A stretch of DNA of 64,000 nucleotides from Squalus acanthias (Eukaryota), in assembly GCA_030390025.1 (NCBI GenBank), contig CM059432.1, forward strand, positions 39,682,001 to 39,746,000. Direction: 5' to 3'. Below, piece after piece: positions 40,801 through 52,278 of the stretch. Under the pieces are notes generated by a model. It had not been told where the DNA came from, searched no databases, and was given only the letters and a program-made list of their open reading frames with translations. The stretch's first letter is position 1. Every line of letters starts with the position of its first letter. Made by a program: the position numbers and the translations under genes.

Positions 40801-41061
40801 AGCGCCTGGAGTAAACTACGACAGGGAGAGCTGGTGTTAAGCACCAGGAAGCCAGCTCCAGGGACGTTATTTAAAGGGATCATCAATAATGACTCGCAGC
40901 TGTCAGGTTAGTGCAGTTTCAGTGGTTTCTTGTCAGTTTCACATACTCCAACAGTTTTATTCAGTAATTTCAAGGTTCTTTTGTATCAGGACTGTTGTGT
41001 CAACTAAAAATTAGCTACATTTATTCTTCAAAGGATCAAACTATTACACATGGTAACATTA

Positions 41062-42201
41062 ATGGGGGGCTGTACTGGCAGTTGACCTCACCCTCCAGGA
41101 TCTACGGCGGAGTGAGTGGAGGCAGTGAGAAAGACTGCAACATATGCCCAGAGGGAGGAGGAGGCTCTCAACAGGAGGCCTTACCCTCCAAGGGTATTCT
41201 GAAAACACTTCTCCTACCTCCAATTAAATGAGGAGCAGTGTATTAGAAGGCTCCGCTTCACCAAGGAGATGGTCACAGAACTCTGCCACCTCCTGCAACC
41301 AGACCTCCAGCCTCAGACCAGGGCAACCACGGCTCTCATCGCCCTCAATTTCTTTGCCAGCGGATCCTTCCAGTGTGCAACAGGAGACATAGCTAAATCT
41401 CGCAGTTCGCCGTCCATCAGGGAGGCTCTCTACAGTAGGAGAAGGGAGTACATTTCCTTCCCCATCACCAGAGAGAAGCAGGACGGGCGTGCATGTGGCT
41501 TTGCCAGGATAGCGGGATTCCCCATAGTGCAGGGTGCCATTGACTGCACCCACATGGCTTTGCGGGCACCGCATAACAATCCTGACATCTTCCGTAACCG
41601 CAAAGGCTACCACTCACTTAATGTGCAGTTGGTGTGCGACCACAGACAGCGAATCCTCAATGCCAATGCCTGCTATCCTGGCAACAGCCACGATGCCTTC
41701 ATCCTGCGCCAGACCGGTGTGCCAGCACTCTTCCAGCCACCACGTCAAGCTCACGGCTGGCTGCTCGGAGACAAGGGCTATCCACTCTCCACCAGGCTCA
41801 TGACTCCCCTCGGCAACCCTAACACTCCTTCCCAGCACTCATATAATGAGAGCCATGCTGCCACCAGGAACATCATCGAGCAGAACATCAGCTTGCTGAA
41901 GCAACGGTTCCACTGCCTTGATCGCTCGGGAGGAGCCCTCCAGTACTCGGCTGAGTGGGTGTCCCATTTTGTCGAGGTCTGCTGCATGCTCCACAACTTG
42001 GCCATCATGAGGGCGCAGCCCTTGTCACCAGGGATTGCTGGACCACCTCAGGAGGAGGAAGAGGAGAGGAGGAGGAGGATGAGGAGGAAGACGAAGAGGA
42101 TGAGGAGGAGGAGGAACAGGAGCGAGGGAGGAGGCAGCCACTCAATCGGCCTTCCAGAAGGGCAGGTCCGTGACTGCCTCATCAGACTGCGGTTCGAATG
42201 A
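41062..42201 (+). pseudogene. Harbinger DDE transposase (core open 41269-42201, frameshifted N-terminus)
   Basis: [34 protein letters not shown]...LKQRFHCL and CCMLHN motifs. Confidence 0.88.
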
Positions 42202-42399
42202 ATTAAACCCCGGCTCCCCGTTGCTCACCACATCCCCATCATTCTATCCCTGTCGCAGGCCGTATCACAGCGCAAAGCTGAAATGAGACACACCACAAAA
42301 GAATCCAAACTGAATTAATCAAAAATCATTGAACACATATTTACACCAAAGATATTAACTATTCATCCTGGTGCAATCCCTTAGTGCCTCTCGTTACTG

Positions 42400-44264
42400 T
42401 GCCTTTGCCTGCTCTAGTGCTCCTATGAAGTGTTGGCCCAATGGCTGCAGCATGGCTGGTGGAAGGCTGCTGAATGTCCGTGCGGGAGACTTCAGATGGC
42501 CTTGCAGGACGCCCTCAACCACCTCTGGGCCTGGAAGGCCCGGCTGTAGACTGCACCACCTCAGCATAGGCAGCAGCAGTCTGGGCTGGCTGGATGACGG
42601 GCAGCGACAAGGGCAATGACGGAGTGCCAGTGGTGGGATCAGGAATGCTATCATCCTGAGAGAGGAAGGCAACTTCCTGCTCCATTGATCCACTGCCACT
42701 CCCCCAGGGCAGCACTTCAGCATCACTAGCAATCTGTTGCAGCACAGATTGCTGACCTGCTGCAACACCGTGAAAGCCCCGGTCAACGGTGGTAGACCCA
42801 GCCACGATGGCAGCAGTCAGAGCTTGCGTGGCATCAAGCTAAGACTGCATGAGAGCAGTCTGAGATTGGATGCCACCAAGCATAGACTGCATTACAGCAC
42901 TAAGACGTTGTGTCGCTTCCGGCCTGTGCTGCAATGGAAACTGCCAGATCGCCCATCACACGCGACATCAGGTCTGGGTCACCACGGTCTCTCTGGGAGT
43001 CTACCATCCTTTGTAGACTGGAAATGATGGGCTCCATGGTGTGCGCAGAGCTTTGTGCAATGTTGGAGGCGGACACCTCCACGCTCCTTATCATTGCCGA
43101 GAGGCTCTCGGGCACCCTTGCCATTGCACCTATCATCTCTGTGTGCATGCCCATGACCCTTCTTCTAAAGGCCTCCCCATCGAGGTCCTCATCTGAGTCC
43201 TGTGCAGCAGAACTCGTGCACGAACTCACCCTCCGGGGAGCTGGCCCCCAAGCTACCTTTGCCCTCTGGCCTTGCTGCAGCCCACTCGTCCCCGGTGCCT
43301 CACCCTGTGCAGATCCCGCTACTATACTAGCCTCTAAAGAACGCGTAGTGCCAGTATCTGAGCTGGTGTCTGCGGGTGAGACATGCAGTGACGCGGTGTG
43401 TTCTTCGTCCTTCTCTTCTCCCACCTCGCTCTCTATGGTACCCTCAGGGACAGGCTGCTCAGGTGCTTGCTCATTATCTGAAAGCATAAAGGCACAAGAG
43501 TCAGGTTAAGGTGAGGGGAGGGGGACAAGAAGGGAGAAATGCATGCATACAGCATGATTAGCTGGAAAGTGCGAAAGGCTTGTGGGGTGAGGGGGAAATG
43601 GGATGTGAGAAGAAGGAGTAGGGATGAACATACCGTTGTTATCAACAAGGGGTTCAACGTTGGTGGTGGCCATGGTGCCCATCACCTGGCACCCAATGAT
43701 CTGCAGCACTCGATTCTCCAGCGCAGACAGTGGTTGGGTGTCAGCTTGTCTCCCGCCTGTGCGCTCCTGCTCCCTCTTGTTGTGAGCCACCTTGGTCTGC
43801 AAGAGAAAGGAAAGTGTGTGAGTGAGTGTGGAGCAATGTGTTTGGCAGATGTTCCTGCCATAGTTGAATAGCTGTCATTGTGTGCAAGGTGTGAGATGTG
43901 GGTGTGCGTGTTGGTAGGTAGAGATTGTTGGTGGGTGAGTGCTGGGGGTGTGGTGTTTTGGGCAGTGTGTGAAGACTGTGGCTCAGATGGTGGTATGTGG
44001 CATTTGTTGAAGCATTGACTCACCCTGACCACCCGCATGAGGTCATTAAATTTCTTCCTGCACTGTGTGTGGGTCCTGGGGACCACAGTGCTGCCCGAGA
44101 TGTGCTGTGCTACCTCCCTACATGGTGCGGAAGACTTGTGGCAAGGGCCTCCTGCCTCTTGCCGGGTAGAGCACCGCCCTCCGTCTCTCCACAGCGAAAA
44201 TCAATGCCTCCAATCCTTCATCGCAGAATCTGCAGGCTCTCTCCCTGGGGCGTGGATCTGCCAT
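42400..44264 (-). pseudogene. Spliced Harbinger Myb/SANT-like gene (decayed)
   Basis: MADPRPRERACRFCDEGLEALIFAVERRRAVLYP...QCRKKFNDL and TKVAHNKREQERTGG. Exon layout parallels 34208-36116. Confidence 0.75.
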
Positions 44265-44589
44265 GAGTACACCTGGTTCAGTCCTCCAGCTCCTTCTCCT
44301 TGTCCTGCTTCTGCTTTTGCTTGCTGAGGCTGCTGCACAGCCAGCAATACTGAGAATGAGGTGCTGCAGCATCAATGAACCTCCCCTTTAAGTACTGAAA
44401 AAAGCCTGTGGCAATCATGACTTGCGATTAGACTGCACCTGATATTGGTCCACCCTTTGAGTGTAACGCCAATGAGCTTGGGCTGTAAGACTTGAATTAG
44501 GACTCCAATCATTTTTTTCAGCAGTGAGCACAAATTTTGCGTGCAGTCTAAAGCATTAGCGCCTGGCGCTAATTCTCCAACTTTTCTAC

Positions 44590-45780
44590 TGACACCACCC
44601 ATTCTTGGCTATAATGAATTTCTAGCCCTTTGTGTTTAATCTTATATCTATGTCCCCATTGTTCTAGACCCCTCAACCACTGAAAACAGTCTGGGAGTGA
44701 ATTTCCATGAGGGTTTGCCCACTCGTCCGCTGTAACTTTGGAAGAACAGCCATGGAAAGGCCATTTTTCTGGGGTTTCCACAGCTCTTCCACAGAAGTTA
44801 CAGTGAAAGATCAGGAAAACCACCATGGAATTTCATCCCCTCTGTTTCTATCTATTCTGCCTCATCCCTTCATCATTTTAAACACATCTATCAAATCACT
44901 CCTTTATTTTCTCTGTTGTAATGAAAACAGCCCCAATTTTCAAGTCTTTCTTTATATTTATATTTTTTCATATCAGAGCATCCAAGTCAATCTGTTGTAC
45001 TTTCCTATTGCTTCAAAATCCTTCCTATAGTGTGGTGCCCGAAACTGCACACAGTACTCTAACTGTGTTTTATCTGATGTTTTACATAGATTCATCATTA
45101 CATCTTATTGTTCTTATTGGGGAGCGGGCAGGAAAGTGGAGTTGAGGCCAAAATCGGATCAGCCATGATCTCATTAAATGGCGGAGCAGGCTCGAGAGGC
45201 CGAATGGCCTGCTCCTGCTCCTATTTTCTTATGTTCTTATGTTATCACAATTTTTATATTCTATACTTGCTATATAAACAAGAATCCATTAGCTTTTCTT
45301 ATGGCCTTATCCACTTGAGGTGCCGGCCTTAATATCTTGTGAACCTGAACCTCCAAATCCCTCTGCTCTTCCACTTAATCCAGCTTTCCTCCATTCCAAG
45401 TACAATTATCACATTACTTTTTTTTTACCAAAATATACCACCTCACATTTACTGACATTGAATTCCATCTGCTACTTCCTTGGCCACTGCACCATTTTAT
45501 CTATCACCATACAATTCTCTTTGGTCCTCAAAATTATTTACTGTGCCTCCTATTTTCGTATCATCTACAATTTGGACACCACTCCCTCTGGCCCTAATTC
45601 CAAATCATTGATGTATACAGTAAACAGAAGCAGCCCCAGAACTGAAGCCTGTGGGACACCACTACCCACTTCCAAACCACTCTGACAAATTGCCCTTAAC
45701 TCCTGCTCTCAATTTCGTCTCTTCTAACCAGTTTTAATCTAATTTGCTACCCTACCTCAATTCTGTACCCTTTAATCTTT
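44590..45780 (-). mobile_element. Old CR1 remnant (continues 40300-40560) with small nested inserts
   Basis: GVPQASVLG-like and RT C-terminal remnants on the minus strand. A + strand CR1 tail lies at about 45120-45245. Confidence 0.6.
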
Positions 45781-46824
45781 TGCAATAATCTCCTGTTAGT
45801 GACCCTGGGTGGACAGGAGGAAAATCTGTTGGCAACCCTGGCCATGCCCCCATGTCACCATTTGCATGTGGTGGGTGGGGAGAGATAATCCCGGTGGGGA
45901 TGGGGGGTGAGAAATTCAGGTCAGGCAGTGAGATGTTGGTAGGCCTCATAGCCCAAATCTTCCATCATTCTCCATTGATTTTGGGCACAACCGCAGAAGA
46001 GAATCTAGCCCTACAAATCATGGTATACAAAATTAATCAAAAGTAACAGAAACAGGTCCTGTACATAATTTTTGCAAGAAATTTCTCTTTCTCTATTTAG
46101 TACACACCAAATTTGAATTTAGCATGGGCTGTGTAAATACAATAAGTTATTTCTTCAGAAAAGAGTGGATTTAAAAGTAGAGTCTATTGAACTGTTGGAA
46201 GTTGCTTTGCAGAACTTTATTTTTGGTTAAAGATCTCCTCTTCTCCTCTCATGGCCTATATGTGATTCCAGTCCCACACTGTGTAGTTGACTCTTACTGA
46301 GGTAAAGTTTCATGGGCACGATGATACCTCACCCTTCTTCATGTATGAGCCTAGATAGTGTGCAAAGGCAGGTTATTCGACTGTAGACAGGGTCAAACTA
46401 GTACCAGGCCTCACCTAAAGGCTGCACATGTAATTTTCAGCAGAGGCACTGGATAGCTATCAAGAGTCGGAACATCAGCTGATGTTCCCCATCATAGTCC
46501 AGTCACGCTGAGGCTAATTTTAGCATCCCGAGTGAGATCAGCTAACTCAGGCATGACTCAAACATGGAACCTTTTAGTCTATATGGCTCAGTTACACAAC
46601 TACTGAGATTCAGGCGAGCCTGTTTTACAGAATGTAAACCTGGCAAAAATTCAGCTGTGTCACCTGAAGATGGAGCTAAAGAAAGCATATCCATGAAAAT
46701 GAGTCAGGAATTGGCAAGCAGTGTTACTTCCACCCACAGGAACAAATAAAAATAGTCATTTGCTTGCATATTAATTAACAAACAGCTTATCTATATTTAT
46801 GTGATAATGACTAGAAAATCTATT

Positions 46825-47110
46825 TTAGTGATGTTGGTTGAGGGATAAATACTGGCCAGGACATCAGGGGGAATTCCTCTGGTCCTCTTCAAAATAATGC
46901 CATGGGATCGTTTACGTCCACCTGAGAGGACAGACAGGGCCTCAATTTAATGTCTCCTCCGAAAGACGGCACCTCCGACAGTGCAGCACTCCCTCAGTAC
47001 TGTACTGAAGTGTCAGCCTAAATTCTGTGCTCGAGTCTCTGGAGTGGGACTTCAACCCACAACCTTCTGACTCCGAGGCGAGAGTGCGACCCACTGAGCC
47101 ACAGCTGACA
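46825..47110 (-). mobile_element. Deu-domain tRNA SINE
   Basis: Reverse complement of the head and core of the 27885 SINE. Confidence 0.8.
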
Positions 47111-47560
47111 GTTGCAGAGGCAAGGAGGGGTGAGGCCATGGAGGGATTTCAATATGAGGATGAGATTTTTTAAATCGAAGCATTGGTGGATCAGGAGCCA
47201 ATGTCAGTCAGCAAGGACAGGGGTGATGGGTTAACGGAGACATGGTGCGGGTTAGGATTCGGGCAGAAGAGTTTTGGATGAGCTCAAGTTTATGGAGGGT
47301 GGAAGGTGGAAAGCCAGCCAGGAAAACATTGGAATAGTTGAGTTTGGAGGTAACAAAAGCATGGATTAGAGTTTCAGCAGCAGATAAGCAGGGGCAGAGA
47401 CGCTTGATGTTATGGAGATGGAAGTAGGCAGACTTTATGAAGGAGCGGAAATGGAGTCAGAAGCTCACCTCAGGGTAAAACGGCTTCAGTCTTTCCAATG
47501 TTTAATTCGAGGAAATTGCAGCTCATCCAGGTCTGAATGTTGGACAAGCAGTCTGACAAG
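47111..47560 (-). mobile_element. L2 fragment
   Basis: Reverse complement is homologous to 5850-6390. Confidence 0.7.
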
Positions 47561-47620
47561 AAAAAGGCTGTCTAGTCTCATATATGAAGAATGGCTACTC
47601 AGACATATAGCAGAGGGCTG

Positions 47621-49244
47621 TGTAAGGGTTTACGTGCGTGTCTCTCAGCCTGTGAGATTCACGCGGCTCTGTGCAGCCTGTATGTCAGTGCGGGTTTAGG
47701 CCTTGTTGCCTGTTCTGGTCTCCAGCCAGTCTGGGAGCACTAGACACACCTGTGAGTGGTTCGAATCACTCGCCCTTACGGTTCTAGACACTGGACTTAG
47801 ATGCGAGAGCAGTAATGGAGATGAAACTCATGTAGACTCGGGTGAATGGTACGAAATGGAAAATCTTTATTGCATAATATTTAAGATTACGAAATACATG
47901 TCACAAGCACAGATTAATGACAGTACAATCTTACACGCAGTTATGTAACTAATTCTAGGGAAACGAGGAACGAACGACACACCGTAAATGGGGGCACACA
48001 TTACAATTATCCTTAATACTTAAACCCTCCCCTATCAATATCTGTCCTAGCTAGATTCGTAGGATTCGAGACTCATGCTCACCACTCGTGATAACTCGGA
48101 GAAATTCCGAATAGCTGATCGGATGTTTTTCACCGCAGCACCCACGTGTCGATCAGGGGGTCTCCTGGCCCCACTTGTTTACTTGCTTCTGCTCCGGCTA
48201 GCAGGCTGGAACGTCTGTTGTTATGAAGATCTGTGTTTGTGGGTTTCACGTACCAGCCAAGATGGGTTTCACAGACCAGTCAATACTTCGAAAGAAGAGT
48301 CTTCCGGGGTCCGTTCTTTAAAGTTCAAAGAAGTCTTCCTGGCAAGGAAAAATGTCTATTCGACCTACAGGCGCGGTCGGGGCTTACTGACCGTGGCGAT
48401 AAGTATGGTCTTCGTCTCTTCTCATCTCTTCTCGGGCCTTTGGTTCCGATGCCGGTTACCAACACAGGTCTTCGTGACACGACACGAGGTAGATCCGAAC
48501 GGATCACAAAGTTCAACAGTCTTTTAAAAGAGACACCAGGCAAGCAGGAACAAGACGGCGAGTCAAGAACACAGGAGCAGCCACGAGGATGAAGAGTCAA
48601 TCGGATAAGAGAAAGATGGACGGTTTGGGGCTTGCAATTATAGTGCAAAAATCTTCCGTTTCCCGCCCAACCTTAATGTCTTTTCTTTTGTTTGGGTTTG
48701 GCGCTCAAATGTCTTGTATAGGTGATCTCCGTTTTTAATGGGTTTCGGGGCTACTCGTAAATGTCTGAGTACCTGTTAATATTTCTCCCATTGTTTAATC
48801 GGTCGGTGTTCTCCCTGGAGGGGTTTTGGGGCCTCCAAGTGTTTTCTGTAACTACCCGCTAACGGCTCTCTCATCGTAGAGTCGTTGGGATTTTACATAT
48901 TAATGTCTTTGGATGGGCCCTTGATTACTTGGTACAATAGCCTTTATTCGTACCCGGGAGACCGATTTCAGTATCTATGTGTATACTGCAAACCCATGAT
49001 GTCTCGTGTATTATCTTCAATGTGCTGAATCTTAATCGATCTTGCACAAATGTTTATTGGAACGCCATCTTGTCTGCCTGTCGAAAAGTCTAGAATGTTC
49101 CGCCACGAGGTGCGGCGGCCATTTTACAAGCTGCTTGTGTCCACTTTGAAACCTGACAGCATTCCGCTGAAATAAAAGCTGTTTGAACGAAACTCTGTGT
49201 TTTTCTCTTTATTAATAAAATCGCGATATATTGCGAATTCTACA
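47621..49244 (-). repeat. 3' LTR (1624 bp)
   Basis: TGTA...TACA ends. Minus-strand AATAAA at 47866-47871. Confidence 0.97.
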
Positions 49245-49256
49245 GTCCCTCCTGTT
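49245..49256 (-). other. Polypurine tract (AACAGGAGGGAC) abutting the 3' LTR
   Basis: Purine-rich run immediately upstream of the 3' LTR TG on the minus strand. Confidence 0.7.
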
Positions 49257-49692
49257 GATGCGAATAACTCCGCTTATCGTATCAAAAATAGTGGTGAGCA
49301 ATATTATCTCGATTTTCTCCGAATCCAGAAAATTTAATCCCATAACTTAAACTACCTAGGGTCTTTGTGTCGTCCTTATTTCCCAAGAAAATTACATTTT
49401 ATAGCACCGTAGGCATTATTTGCCTTTAAACTTACACCACTTGTTTTCCTTCCCGGCGTAATCAGGCCGATGCCTCTCGTATCACCTGTACATTCATCTT
49501 TTATTCAGGGAAAGGAAAAACAAAACCCAAAACCAAACAATCATTTTTTTAACTGTAACACCATCACCAAAATAATCAACACCAACTCTTAAAACATGTC
49601 GAGTTCCAAACGTATTTACAGTCTTTGAAAATCATGATCGAGTACCAACTTCCGCGGCGCACGTGGCGAGCGGGAGTGACGCCATTTTCCGA

Positions 49693-51975
49693 TTACACGG
49701 TGCTTTCATCGTGCACGCGCACGTAACGTTCTCGCCACTCACCCGTGTTTTCATGCTTGGTGAGGCGTTTGTCTCTTTTACAATGTACGACCAATAGGTA
49801 CACTACAATAAAAACTTGGCATATTACTAAAATGTGGGAGGCTATTCTGATCCATGAAGGCACTTCAATATTGGTGAACAGATTCCACCACGGTGGAATG
49901 ACTATGTCCAGAATGTCTGTCCCTATCTCGACAGTTTTCTGTTCTAATGTATAAAAATGTTTCTGTGACACCGTGACGGCTTTTAAAAGCTTGGTGAGGT
50001 GTTCAGGGAGAGGGGGAATGAGGTATCCGAAATGCGCGACGAATCGCTGCAAGTCGGTGAAATTCTCTTTTACTGTTAGATGAACAGTGGATGGTTCAGG
50101 GATTGGGACAATTCGCTGTTGTGCTACTTGAACTTCCGCCCTGGGTTTGAAACAGAAACTGCTGTCACTCACCGGACACCGGCTACGGTTTCCATGCTGG
50201 TAGTGTTGCGCTGCAGTGGTAACACAATATGTTCCACCCCCGATGTATGCTACCTGCGGAGGCACATGATCTTGTGCCATTGCCTCCATGGTGCAATTCA
50301 TGGACTTGGCGCCAGCCGTTCTGAACCCGCACTGTGGTGTTAAAAAGGCATTCAAGTGCTGGGGACACAGTATTATGTGTGCTCCCCTGCCACGACAACC
50401 AGAGAGATCGGTACCTGTCATCGTTTGCTCCCAGCGGATGACGTAAGGTGGAACCGCTGCATAGCGAATGTGGGCTCCCCCCTGAATGACACCAATGTTC
50501 TCTACCCGATACACCGGGGCGGGCTTTGCTGTGTCGCCCAAAACCGGCATACGTAAAACTATACCCATAATGGTATGGTTTGATCGTCCACAGGGACTGG
50601 GTATGCTTCTGAAGCTAGCCTGAGCTGGCACGGGCTTAATGCGTTCTGAAAAGGGTGGAGCGCCCGCAGGTGTTTGTTACTTATCCAGGACGGGACCAAA
50701 CCTTGTTTTAAATCTTCCAAATTACTGCGGCCCTCGCCCAGTAACCACGCCCCGTAAAGCACGCACACCTCGTTCTGCGCAGCTTGATCGGATGCATTCC
50801 GATCTTCCCTAATCAGGGCATTTACCGTCTTTGCATGTTTCTCTAACTCTGCTATAATTTCCTTTAAATGGAGAGTCATGGCTTGGTCCTCGTGTAAACC
50901 CGACCCTACCACTTTATTCTCATCTGTTAGAATGTCTTTTAATTGTGTCTTTAAACCATTAATCTGGGTCTGCAGCTCCACACTGTCTAGAGCGTTGACC
51001 ACAGATGTACCCGTGTTAAAAGCAGTATTAAAAGCAGTGAACGCGTCGTTCACTACACCCCTTCTTTGCCTCCCTACTTGATCCAAAACTTCATGTGGTG
51101 CGGTGTACAAACTTGTTTTATCAATTTCCGCGAAATCGAATTCGTAAAATTGTCTGAACATCTTGGTCAACAGGACCTGATACAACTGTTCTGTCTTTTT
51201 GGGGCACCACTCTGGTAACCGCACCTCGGTGAGATTTAAAATCACCGAGGCCACCGCGTAATGTACCCCCTGGAATAGTATCTGGTCTGTGGGGACCAGT
51301 ACCAAACCATTCCCGGGTCCCTTACTAGTTTTAGGGCACCCTTCCTCTTCAGCTAGAACCACCGGAATCGTGGGCGGGGCTTTGATCCCACCTCATCCCC
51401 TGTCCGTTATCCTGCCATTGATTAATGAAGAATATGGATATGCCTTTGGGGCAAGGGTACTTTGACCCCCACATGCATACATAAATTCCCTCATCCGGTT
51501 CCCACCATTTGTCCCAACAGACTCTCACATGTCCGTTTGTCCCCGTAATTGTCCGATGGGTATTATTACCCAGTCGTTCCCACTCGACCGAAGAGTTCCT
51601 CATAGTTTTGCTCAGCTTTCGCAGCCACCACCATCGGCTCAATGGGACATTCCCACTACAAGTCAAACAAATCCGTTTGCCGACGGTGACGCTGATCCTG
51701 GGTGCGATGATCCTTACTTTGGGGCACATTAAAGAAGTCTCTTGGTAGGCAAACCCCGATGTGCTAGAATACTCCGTCGAGTTCGTTCCCAGCCATCCTG
51801 GCCACCTTCCCTTGTGGAAATAGGTGGTGTTCTCCTCAGCCTCCCGTCTTCCGGTCTCATCCACCGCGATGGGGGCCGTGTCCCCGGAGCATCCAAACAC
51901 CACGACATCCTTGGTGCGGCCTCGATAGGCCAATCCACATCCGATTGCCGCGAGCAATACTAGAATTCGTTCCAT
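49693..51975 (-). pseudogene. env: env-like gene (about 760 codons, in three frames): signal peptide, Ig-like domain, furin site, F-like fusion subunit, TM anchor
   Basis: ATG at 51975 (aggATGG) begins MERILVLLAAIGCGLA. RQRR|GVVNDAFTAF is followed by a heptad repeat, a Cys-rich region and the TM segment IASHILVICQVFIVVYLLVV. Frame breaks occur near 51375 and 50590. Confidence 0.85.
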
Positions 51976-52278
51976 CCTTCCTTGGTTCCTGTGATCAGAT
52001 AGAATGAGGTAGCCAGCCTCGCAAGAGTCTCTGGCTTTTGTGAAGGGTGAGCGGGTCCCCTGACCTCGCCTCACGTAAACTTCAACGTTCGCTGAATAAA
52101 CTTTAACTAGACCTAATCTCTAAAGCTCCCATCATTTTACCGTTTTCTGTTAAAATTAAACTACAAACTTAACCTTATTTAAAACTACAAACTTATAACC
52201 TTATTTAAAACTATAAACTTGGAAACCTATCCTAAACTTATTACTGTACAGCGCCGCCCGTTCTCAGGGCGGCCCCCT

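Larger units (their letters stand above)
40565..44590. mobile_element. Harbinger transposon C (about 4 kb), inserted in a CR1 remnant
   Basis: Left end gggggaaaaaatc and a subterminal ttagcgcctggcgctaa palindrome at the right end. Transposase (+) converges with a Myb-like gene (-). The right TIR is degraded. Confidence 0.8.

Noticed and set aside
36333..42201. Domesticated host HARBI1 or MSANTD/NAIF1 genes
   Set aside because: There are multiple decayed copies with TIRs, frameshifts and the convergent two-gene layout of Harbinger transposons.
48075..48648. Accessory ORFs within the LTRs (also 59842-60425)
   Set aside because: The frames differ among the three LTR copies because of indels, and there are no recognisable domains.
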